In this document: one piece after another, positions 52,235 through 60,048 of the stretch | Position numbering within the stretch: the stretch's first letter is position 1 | How the letters are laid out: every line of letters begins with the position of its first letter | DNA from: a virus | Taxonomy: Duplodnaviria > Caudoviricetes | IMG/VR virus record: IMGVR_UViG_3300017766_002106 | Coordinates: 1-62,052 of that record | Strand: one strand, 5' to 3' | Length of the DNA: 62,052 nucleotides | Notes under the pieces: model-generated | The model's database searches: none | What the model saw: only the letters and a program-made list of their open reading frames with translations | What the model was told of the DNA's origin: nothing | Program-made: the position numbers and the translations under genes

Positions 52235-54502
52235 ATGGCGAGATTAAATTCGGGAAGAGTTGTAAGAACTCCACAATCAAGAATTACTTCCGATAGGTAT
52301 CAGTTTCTTGGATTAGAGCAAGCTGAACCAAATCTCGGTGACCCTTTAGTAGGACCATCTTCGGTCACTGCAAAACCACTTCCAGTAGGTCAATACTATA
52401 ATATAATTGCAGTTGGTGATCAACCAGGAGAAAGATACTGGGCTTCTGGTGTTGGAATAGGAACTACGGTAGGTTTAATAAGTGTTTATAATGATGGTAT
52501 TCTACCATATAATGCCTTCAATCGAATTACTGGATTGAATTTTGTAGGAACTGGAGTTACTGTAGAAACTCCAGCATTTGATGTATTTCCAGGTGTTGGA
52601 ATAGCTACAATCAGAATTGCAATTGATGAAGTTCTGAATCAAGGAAATGTTGGAGAATTTCTTGTCAATACTTCGTCTGGATTTGCATATGGAACTTCCG
52701 ATTTATTCTATAATTCAGCAACTCGTAGAATTGGTGTAGCAACAAACAATCCCATTTTCACTTTAGATGTTAATGGTACTGGTAGATTTATTGGAACAGT
52801 AACTTCTCCAACTTTTTATGGAAATTTAAGTGGAACAGCAACCACTGCTAATAATTTATCTGATGCTGCTAATATTACTGCAGGATTTATTAGTTCAGAA
52901 AGATTTGATCAATCTGATTTTTATCCAATTTATGTCAGTAGAGCTGTAGAGGCTGACAATATTTCTGGAATTGCAGAAACTTCAAGAAATGTAGTTGGCG
53001 GTATTGGTTCCATCACTTCATTGTATGTTGGTGGTGGATCAGCAGCAATTGTTGGAGTCGGAACATCAATAGGTCTTATCTTAGAAGGATTTTTAGCTTA
53101 TGATGCTGATAATATTGATGCAACAAGTGGAACAACAACATCAGTTCTGATGTCACAAGGACCTGGTCTTGGAGTTACTTGGAAAACAATTTATGAAGCT
53201 GCTCTTTATGGTCTTCAAGGTATTCAGGGAATTCAAGGAACTCAGGGTCCTCAAGGAATTCAAGGACGTCAAGGAATTATAGGACCTCAAGGTATTCAAG
53301 GTATTCAAGGACGTCAAGGAAATCAGGGTATTCAGGGAATTGATGGTTCTTTTGGAGGGCAAGGACTGCAAGGAATTCAGGGTCCTTTAGGACCTCAGGG
53401 AATTCAAGGTCCTCAAGGAATTCAAGGTCCTCAAGGAATTGACGGACCTAAAGGAGATTTAGGATCTCAAGGAATTCAAGGTGTTTTTGGAGGTGTTGGA
53501 AATCCTGGAGCTCAGGGTCTTCAGGGAGTATTTGGATCTCAAGGTATTCAAGGACCTCAAGGTATTCAAGGATCTCAAGGTATTAGTGGAGTAGAAGGTA
53601 GTGGTGGTCTTCAAGGTCTTCAAGGTATTCAAGGATCTCAAGGAATAACAGGATCTCAAGGTATTCAAGGACGTCAGGGAATTCAAGGAATTCAAGGTAT
53701 TCAAGGACCTCAAGGTATTCAAGGTATATCTGGAGGAGTTGGTATTGATGGTTCCCAAGGTCTTCAAGGAATAACAGGATCTCAAGGTATTCAAGGACGT
53801 CAGGGAATTCAAGGAATTCAAGGAATTCAAGGATCTCAAGGAATTCAAGGATCTCAAGGTATTATAGGACCTCAAGGTATATCTGGATCTGGTGGTACTC
53901 AAGGTCTTCAAGGAATAACAGGATCACAAGGTATTCAAGGATCTCAAGGTATTATAGGACCTCAAGGTATTCAAGGATCTCAAGGAATATCAGGTTCTCA
54001 AGGAATAACAGGACCTCAAGGTATTCAAGGATCTCAAGGAATAACAGGATCTCAAGGAATAACAGGATCTCAAGGTATTCAAGGTATTCAAGGTGTTACC
54101 GGAGCAGGAACTCAAGGAATTCAAGGAATTCAAGGTATTCAAGGTATTCAAGGATCTCAAGGACGTCAGGGTATCCAAGGCATTCAAGGAACATTTGGAC
54201 CAGCAACGGTTCCTCAAATTTCTCCTGCGGCACCATACACCGTATTAATAAGTGATAATGGTAAACATATATCCATAACAGGAAATGTCAGTATTCCTGC
54301 TGCTGCCTTTACTACTCCTGGAGAAAATGTCGTAATATATAATTCATCCGGATCATCATCAATTCAGATTAGTTCCACTGGAACACTGAGATTCGCAGGA
54401 AGTTCTCTCATCGGAACAAGAACTCTTGCACCATATGGAGTTGCAACAGTTTTATTTGTAGGTTCTAATACATACGTAATCACAGGAGCAGGGTTATTTT
54501 GA
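52235..54502 (+). CDS. Collagen-like tail fibre protein
   Basis: Long Gly-X-Gln triplet run; C-terminal domain ending YVITGAGLF; CTAAATA upstream at 52185. Confidence 0.85.
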   Translation: MARLNSGRVVRTPQSRITSDRYQFLGLEQAEPNLGDPLVGPSSVTAKPLPVGQYYNIIAVGDQPGERYWASGVGIGTTVGLISVYNDGILPYNAFNRITGLNFVGTGVTVETPAFDVFPGVGIATIRIAIDEVLNQGNVGEFLVNTSSGFAYGTSDLFYNSATRRIGVATNNPIFTLDVNGTGRFIGTVTSPTFYGNLSGTATTANNLSDAANITAGFISSERFDQSDFYPIYVSRAVEADNISGIAETSRNVVGGIGSITSLYVGGGSAAIVGVGTSIGLILEGFLAYDADNIDATSGTTTSVLMSQGPGLGVTWKTIYEAALYGLQGIQGIQGTQGPQGIQGRQGIIGPQGIQGIQGRQGNQGIQGIDGSFGGQGLQGIQGPLGPQGIQGPQGIQGPQGIDGPKGDLGSQGIQGVFGGVGNPGAQGLQGVFGSQGIQGPQGIQGSQGISGVEGSGGLQGLQGIQGSQGITGSQGIQGRQGIQGIQGIQGPQGIQGISGGVGIDGSQGLQGITGSQGIQGRQGIQGIQGIQGSQGIQGSQGIIGPQGISGSGGTQGLQGITGSQGIQGSQGIIGPQGIQGSQGISGSQGITGPQGIQGSQGITGSQGITGSQGIQGIQGVTGAGTQGIQGIQGIQGIQGSQGRQGIQGIQGTFGPATVPQISPAAPYTVLISDNGKHISITGNVSIPAAAFTTPGENVVIYNSSGSSSIQISSTGTLRFAGSSLIGTRTLAPYGVATVLFVGSNTYVITGAGLF
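53210..54190 (+). repeat. Collagen (Gly-X-Y, mostly G-I-Q/G-S-Q/G-P-Q) coding repeat
   Basis: 9-nt periodic caaggtatt/caaggatct over about 980 nt. Confidence 0.95.
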
Positions 54503-54503
54503 T

Positions 54504-57011
54504 ATGACATTTCCAGCACAATTATTATCTTTTATAAATTCTCAACAAAGCGAAGTTTCTTACACTACAGCAGGAGTTAGTAGTTATTTTACTGTCCCTG
54601 ACGGAGTAACATCCCTTTCGGCAGTTTGTATCGGTGCTGGTGGCGGTGGTGCTGGCGGCGCAAATGATATTGCAGCTGGCGGTGGAGGTGGTGGAGGTCT
54701 ATCTTGGGCAAGTTTTTCCACTATTCCTGGAGATGTATTAGAAATTTTTGTTGGATCTGCTGGTGCTGGTGGTGGAGTCAGTGCGGGAAATTCTACTGGA
54801 AGTAATGGGGGAGATACCTATATTCGATTATTTTCAAGAATTGGTGGGGGTGCTGGTGTTGGTGGAGATATCTTGATTGCTGAAGGTGGTCGAGGTGGTG
54901 CAAAAGCAACTACCACTACAGGTTCTGGTGCTGGTGGAGCAGGAGGTAGAGGAGGTACGACCACATACGGAATTCCAACTAATGCTAGCGTTGGAATATA
55001 CACTTATGGTGGCGGTGCTGGTGGCAATGGGGGTAGTTGTACTGCTGGCGGAGCTGGTGGCGGAGGTGCTGGTGGTTATATTGGTGTAGGTGGAAATGGA
55101 GGTTCAGTAAACCCAAACGTTGTTGCAACTTCTGCCCAGACAGGTTCTGGAGGTGGTGGAGGTGGTGGAGGTACTGGAACTGTAGGTCTTTCTCAGAGAG
55201 GATATGGTGGAGGCGGTGTCGGTGCTTATGGAATTGATGTAAGTGGACTAGTAATTGATCCCACGGGATCTGCAGGATCTAATGACACTCTTGATGGAGG
55301 ATCTGGTGGTGGAGGAGGATCTTTCTTCAATGATCCCGGTTTAGGAATTTCTGCAGATTTTATTGGACAAACTGTTTCAACAACAACTTCAATTAGTTAT
55401 CCTAGTGGAATTCAAGAAAATGATTTCTTACTTTTGATGTCAGGATCTGATGTTTATACTGGATCAAGAACATTAGCAACTGATTTTGCAACTATTCCAG
55501 TCCCACTGGGATTTACTACAATCACCCAATCTACGGGAGGAGTATATAGAATAAGTTCATCTGGAATTGCTACAGAAGGTATTCCGGCGGGTGTATCTGA
55601 TGCATCTAAATCATATGATTTAAACTTCACATCTTCTTATCGATATGTTCCTTCAGGTGGACTTAGTGGATCATTAACTGGTCTTACAACATCATCAGTT
55701 CATAATATGTTTGCTCTGAGATTTTTACCAAATCCACCAACTATCAATTACTTAACAACCAGTGGTAATCCAGGTCTTCAAGTTAATACTGGTGGATCAC
55801 TTATGCCAAATCCCCCATCATACGTTGGATCGCCTAAGGGGGCATTTTCTCTTGCTCTTGGATATTTGTCAAATGTAATATTATCTCCAGGAGGATCCTT
55901 AGCAGGAACTGGAACAATAGACTTAAATGATATAAGTGGAGGTCGCCGCGATCGAGGTGGTGAAGGAATTGGATTAGTTGTTTCATATGCTCAGGTTCCA
56001 TCCGGAACTACTACAACTATTGACCCCGGACCTTTTTTAACTGGAACAACATCACACGCTCGTGCCTGGACAATTGAAATTCCAAGAAGTGGTGCTAATG
56101 CCGTATCTATTGTTGGAAGTGCTACTACAGGATCTTGGGTGGATGAGAATGATATTGTGCAACCAGAGTCTGAACTTGATATCTCTGGTATAAGTATTCA
56201 AAATAATGATTTGGTTATGGTTATTACTGCTTCTGACAATACATCAACACCAAGTGCCCCTACCCTCTCTGGAGTCAGTCTTGGATCTCCAGGTGCCTTT
56301 AGAAGTAATTCTCAAGCTAATCAAGATTTTGATAGTGGTGGTATGGGTTGGAGTATCACATATGGAGTTTGGAATACGGGTGATGGAACACTCATAACAA
56401 ACCTTCAATCTGGAACATCTAATATTCCTACGGCTCATATGGCAATAGTTTTTAGAAATGCATCATTATCGCAAACAACTCCAAACTCTAGTGTATTTGA
56501 TAATAATGCTACATTTTATGGACCTCCAGACCCACCCTCTTTAACTACAACATCAAATGGTTCACTTGTTCTTGCAGTTGGAATGATTGACAATATTGGA
56601 GTATCCAATATCACTACCGTAACTCCCCCTGAAGGATATACTACCATTAGTACTCAATCATATGGAGAACAAAATAATGGTGCTATTGTTATGTCTGCTT
56701 ACAAGAATAATTTAGACCCAGATTTTCAAGCAATTCCTGGAACTGAAGATCCAGGACCATTTGGTGGAGATGGTGGTAATGTTTGGGTGGCACAAACAAT
56801 TATTATTGGAGGTCCTGGAAGTAATACTAGTGGAGGACCTAATAATGCCGGTCAATGGGGTGGTGGAGGAGGATCTGGAAGAGATAACCAATCCGTTACT
56901 GGTATGGCTGGTGCTCAGGGAGCAGCAAGAATTATATGGGGAACTGCACGTCAGTATCCAACATCAAGCACTGTAGCAAACACCCCACTTGCAGTTGATT
57001 GGACTCCATAA
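54504..57011 (+). CDS. Glycine-rich adhesin-like virion protein with two copies of the repeat domain seen in 31612-35484
   Basis: VPDGVTSLSAVCIGAGGGG, poly-Gly; IQENDFLLL / IQNNDLVMV and IDPGPF / EDPGPF; GAQGAARIIWG. Confidence 0.7.
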   Translation: MTFPAQLLSFINSQQSEVSYTTAGVSSYFTVPDGVTSLSAVCIGAGGGGAGGANDIAAGGGGGGGLSWASFSTIPGDVLEIFVGSAGAGGGVSAGNSTGSNGGDTYIRLFSRIGGGAGVGGDILIAEGGRGGAKATTTTGSGAGGAGGRGGTTTYGIPTNASVGIYTYGGGAGGNGGSCTAGGAGGGGAGGYIGVGGNGGSVNPNVVATSAQTGSGGGGGGGGTGTVGLSQRGYGGGGVGAYGIDVSGLVIDPTGSAGSNDTLDGGSGGGGGSFFNDPGLGISADFIGQTVSTTTSISYPSGIQENDFLLLMSGSDVYTGSRTLATDFATIPVPLGFTTITQSTGGVYRISSSGIATEGIPAGVSDASKSYDLNFTSSYRYVPSGGLSGSLTGLTTSSVHNMFALRFLPNPPTINYLTTSGNPGLQVNTGGSLMPNPPSYVGSPKGAFSLALGYLSNVILSPGGSLAGTGTIDLNDISGGRRDRGGEGIGLVVSYAQVPSGTTTTIDPGPFLTGTTSHARAWTIEIPRSGANAVSIVGSATTGSWVDENDIVQPESELDISGISIQNNDLVMVITASDNTSTPSAPTLSGVSLGSPGAFRSNSQANQDFDSGGMGWSITYGVWNTGDGTLITNLQSGTSNIPTAHMAIVFRNASLSQTTPNSSVFDNNATFYGPPDPPSLTTTSNGSLVLAVGMIDNIGVSNITTVTPPEGYTTISTQSYGEQNNGAIVMSAYKNNLDPDFQAIPGTEDPGPFGGDGGNVWVAQTIIIGGPGSNTSGGPNNAGQWGGGGGSGRDNQSVTGMAGAQGAARIIWGTARQYPTSSTVANTPLAVDWTP

Positions 57012-57012
57012 G

Positions 57013-57070
57013 AACCACTTCTAGAACCGTCACAGACCCCCCTAGGATCTCTTCCAGGGGGGTTTATAGT
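57013..57070 (+). promoter_or_regulatory. Early-type promoter element with GTCACA box and hairpin, copy 1
   Basis: AACCACTTCTAGAACCGTCACA-CCCCCC...GGGGGG-TATAGT; parallels 59977-60034. Confidence 0.55.
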
Positions 57071-57095
57071 ATGTGAGCAACCAAAGACCCCGTTT

Positions 57096-57200
57096 ATGAG
57101 GTTTTCCTCCTTTGATCGCCTTCTTTTCCTCAGTTCTTTTCTACTTTTTATGAACTGGGGAGTTCGCCTTACACAATCTATTTTTAATTATTTCTTCTGA
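57096..57200 (+). CDS. Small hydrophobic protein, 34 aa
   Basis: MRFSSFDRLLFLSSFLLFMNWGVRLTQSIFNYFF*; TGATG-coupled to next gene. Confidence 0.5.
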   Translation: MRFSSFDRLLFLSSFLLFMNWGVRLTQSIFNYFF

Positions 57201-57622
57201 TGGTTTATCTTGATATTAATGGTTTCGGTTTTGGTGTCCGTAAGAAACTTTGCAAAGATGTTATTGAATATTTTTGCGATAAGTATCTTCCCCGCCATAA
57301 ACTTGACATCACTGTAAAGCATCGGAATTTACGTCGAGATAATGTATATGGGTGGTGTAATATTGAAGGGGATGCCTATCGTCCTCGTGAGTTTATGATT
57401 GAAATTCACAATGGTCTCAGTAAAGAAGATTACATCAAAACCTTGTTTCACGAATGCACTCACGTTCTTCAACACGTTCGAGGTGATCTAAAGGAAAGGC
57501 ACAGTAAGCAACTCTGGAAAGGAGTTGATTATAGCAAAGTTTCTTATGAAGATCAACCTTGGGAACAAGAGGCAGAAGAGAACGAAGAGAAACTCTACTA
57601 TGAATACTTGACATGGGGGTGA
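57200..57622 (+). CDS. Putative zincin-type metallopeptidase
   Basis: TLFHECTHVLQH (HExxH) and PWEQEA. Confidence 0.75.
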   Translation: MVYLDINGFGFGVRKKLCKDVIEYFCDKYLPRHKLDITVKHRNLRRDNVYGWCNIEGDAYRPREFMIEIHNGLSKEDYIKTLFHECTHVLQHVRGDLKERHSKQLWKGVDYSKVSYEDQPWEQEAEENEEKLYYEYLTWG

Positions 57623-57637
57623 AAATCCCTGTATAAT
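57608..57637 (+). promoter_or_regulatory. Sigma70-type promoter
   Basis: TTGACA-18 nt-TATAAT. Confidence 0.65.
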
Positions 57638-57667
57638 GTGCCTTGTCACGGTTGATAGGATATCTCT

Positions 57668-57698
57668 AAGGTCTTTAGGTTGTCTTAGAGACCTTTTT
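57668..57698 (+). terminator. Rho-independent terminator
   Basis: AAGGTCTTTAGG-ttgt-CTTAGAGACCTT + T-run. Confidence 0.7.
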
Positions 57699-57708
57699 GC
57701 TGTATAAT
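57680..57708 (+). promoter_or_regulatory. Sigma70-type promoter overlapping terminator
   Basis: TTGTCT-17 nt-TATAAT. Confidence 0.55.
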
Positions 57709-57724
57709 GAATAAAAAAGGTTAT

Positions 57725-58309
57725 ATGAGATTTACATTAGCAATTATCAATCCTCCATATGGTGTTGGTGGAAATCTTGCGATTAAATTTCTGAACAAGA
57801 TTTCTGATTACACTGATGATGTTCGAGCAGTCTTGCCAACATCTGTCAGAAAACCATCTTCTTTAAATAAAATTAAAGATCATCTTCATTGTGTCTTAGA
57901 TGAAGATCTAGATCCTTCTACATTCCCAAATGGCATTAGTGCTGTGAAGCAATATTGGGAGGTAAAGAACACGTCGAGATTTCAGGTAGGTGTAGGTGAA
58001 ATTCCGATGTTAAGAGAACATCCAGATTTTGAATTCCTGCCTTATGAAAGTAGATTTGATGCCGATGTTTTTGTAGGAGAATATGGATGTGGTCCGAGTG
58101 GTAGAGTGAAGACAGAGAACTTTACTCATTATGCCAAGGGACATCACTTTTTGAAGGTTCGGGATAAGAGTGTAATTAATAATATGGTAGAATTTGCTGA
58201 TAGGTTTAGAGAGGCAGCAAATCAGTGTAATGGAAGATATCATTTTGGAAAGAATGATTTGATTTCAACTTATATTAAATGTCTGGAGGAACGAGATGGC
58301 AAAGAATAA
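57725..58309 (+). CDS. N6-adenine DNA methyltransferase, catalytic (NPPY) + putative target-recognition half
   Basis: AIINPPYG (motif IV) at the N-terminus, LAIKFL, AVLP; no SAM-binding motif. ATG 57725 preferred because ATG 57707 overlaps the -10 box. Confidence 0.7.
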   Translation: MRFTLAIINPPYGVGGNLAIKFLNKISDYTDDVRAVLPTSVRKPSSLNKIKDHLHCVLDEDLDPSTFPNGISAVKQYWEVKNTSRFQVGVGEIPMLREHPDFEFLPYESRFDADVFVGEYGCGPSGRVKTENFTHYAKGHHFLKVRDKSVINNMVEFADRFREAANQCNGRYHFGKNDLISTYIKCLEERDGKE

Positions 58310-58775
58310 ACATAATCTAGAAGTTGGATCGACTATTGAAAGATCCGACGAGAGAATTAAAGAAACTCAAGAAGTCTTTACTCCGATGGATCTTGTCGAG
58401 AGTATGGTGAATGATATTGAGATTGAAATTATTAAAAATCCAGAGAGCACTTTTATTGATAATTCCGCTGGATCTGGAAACTTTCTGATTGCTCTTAAAA
58501 ATCGTTTATGTCAATTTCACGACGAGAAATATGTTCTAGATCATATGCTCTATGCCGTTGAAATGATGGAAGATAATCATAAGGAGCTTTGTGAGAGGTT
58601 AGGTGTATCTACAGATCATCCACATTATGTTTGTGCCGATGCTCTTGAATACGATTATTCTTTTAATAAACCAGTGGGATTAGAAGATTATGGTCTAGGA
58701 AAATTACCAAAATCCAAGAAATATATTCCTATTGTGCCAGACAAATCTCCCAGTGAGGCACGGTTGCCGATTTAA
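58296..58775 (+). CDS. N6-adenine DNA methyltransferase, SAM-binding half
   Basis: QEVFTP (motif X), FIDNSAGSGNF (motif I), LYAVE (II), CADAL (III); no NPPY. Confidence 0.75.
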   Translation: MAKNKHNLEVGSTIERSDERIKETQEVFTPMDLVESMVNDIEIEIIKNPESTFIDNSAGSGNFLIALKNRLCQFHDEKYVLDHMLYAVEMMEDNHKELCERLGVSTDHPHYVCADALEYDYSFNKPVGLEDYGLGKLPKSKKYIPIVPDKSPSEARLPI

Positions 58776-58825
58776 GATTAGGAAATCTTATCGGTATTGA
58801 AAAGTTTTTCTAATGAGTCGGGGGG

Positions 58826-58854
58826 TTGACAGGGCAGGCAATCTATCGTATATT
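58826..58854 (+). promoter_or_regulatory. Sigma70-type promoter
   Basis: TTGACA-17 nt-TATATT. Confidence 0.65.
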
Positions 58855-58918
58855 AACTGAGTGGTTAGGCGATCCGCCAACAACCATTTAAATCCTATGC
58901 CTCTGGCAGACTTAAAAA

Positions 58919-59977
58919 ATGACTCTTTTTGTTGACATTGTGATTCCCAACAGTATCATCTCTTGGGAAGATTTTAAAAAAACCAAAGTTGTTTATGACC
59001 TTCGGGAAATGTATTCCGAACAAATTAAAATACTTGAATATAAAACTTGTGTAGTGGAGTGTGCCGAAGTTGTTGCTGTCGACGCAATTCGCAAACTTGG
59101 ACTGGCAAATGCTGGGCGTTTTCACGGAAATGATGAGGATGTTTATGACATCGTTGACCGAAACCTTACTCCTGGTTGGAATATTAACAAACTCCCTCCA
59201 TTTGTCTTTGCCGATGATGATAATCCGTTGAATGGCAATCACCGTCTTCGTTGGTTACAAGAACACGAAATTGCATACGTTCCTGTGCTCAAAGTGAGTC
59301 CAAAATTTGGATTTAGCAAGAACGATGTGATTAACGAACTCGGTCTGAAACTTCAACCACGTCCCGATGGATCTCCCTCACAATTTGCTGATTACAAAGC
59401 GCGAGGAATTCTGTGGGTAATTGAGCAAAACGCCAACCGTCAAGAAGATGATGACCGAATCACCAAAGATGAGGTTCGTGAATGGGTGCAGGAATACGCA
59501 GATTTTGAGACTCCTGATACTCAAAACCGCCTGATTGATGCTATTTTCAATGCAACAGAGAAGAAAACTTTTCTTGCCAACTTTACTCGCGCAGAAGGTA
59601 TTCGTTACTTTGCTAAGAAAGGCATCAAAATTCAAAGCACTACCGCAGATGTGCGCGGTTCTTCTGTGGATCGTCTGGTAAGCGCAATGGGTCCAGTACA
59701 CGTTTATCGTGATTTCTTCCCACAATTCTTTGAAGATGCTGCTAATGGAATCTCTACTATCATCCACTTTTATGTGAATACTAACAACGTAGAAGATGAA
59801 CTTGGCGTTCTTCACCTTATCAAAGAACGAACTGATGAAATTGAAGAACATATTACCAACATCGGTAAGGTTCTTGGTAAATCTGAAGCAGCACGAATTA
59901 GATCTTACCTGACTTACGGTTATCGACTCCCACATTTGGTGGATCTTGATCGTAACAATCTCGTTGCCCTGAACTGA
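58919..59977 (+). CDS. Hypothetical protein with ParB/Srx-like N-terminal motif
   Basis: LPPFVF.....LNGNHRLRWL......VPV resembles the ParB DGxHR box. Confidence 0.55.
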   Translation: MTLFVDIVIPNSIISWEDFKKTKVVYDLREMYSEQIKILEYKTCVVECAEVVAVDAIRKLGLANAGRFHGNDEDVYDIVDRNLTPGWNINKLPPFVFADDDNPLNGNHRLRWLQEHEIAYVPVLKVSPKFGFSKNDVINELGLKLQPRPDGSPSQFADYKARGILWVIEQNANRQEDDDRITKDEVREWVQEYADFETPDTQNRLIDAIFNATEKKTFLANFTRAEGIRYFAKKGIKIQSTTADVRGSSVDRLVSAMGPVHVYRDFFPQFFEDAANGISTIIHFYVNTNNVEDELGVLHLIKERTDEIEEHITNIGKVLGKSEAARIRSYLTYGYRLPHLVDLDRNNLVALN

Positions 59978-60034
59978 ACCAGTTCCTAAACTGTCACAAC
60001 CCCCCTTGCGGTTTCCCCGTAAGGGGGTTATTAT
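59977..60034 (+). promoter_or_regulatory. Early-type promoter element with GTCACA box and hairpin, copy 2
   Basis: AACCAGTTCCTAAACTGTCACA then TTGCGG-17 nt-TATTAT embedded in inverted repeat. Confidence 0.6.
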
Positions 60035-60048
60035 GTATACATACGCAA

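Noticed and set aside
53210-54190. Regular short repeats as a possible CRISPR array (also 17261-17460, 25926-26036)
   Set aside because: No unique spacers; codon-periodic and inside ORFs
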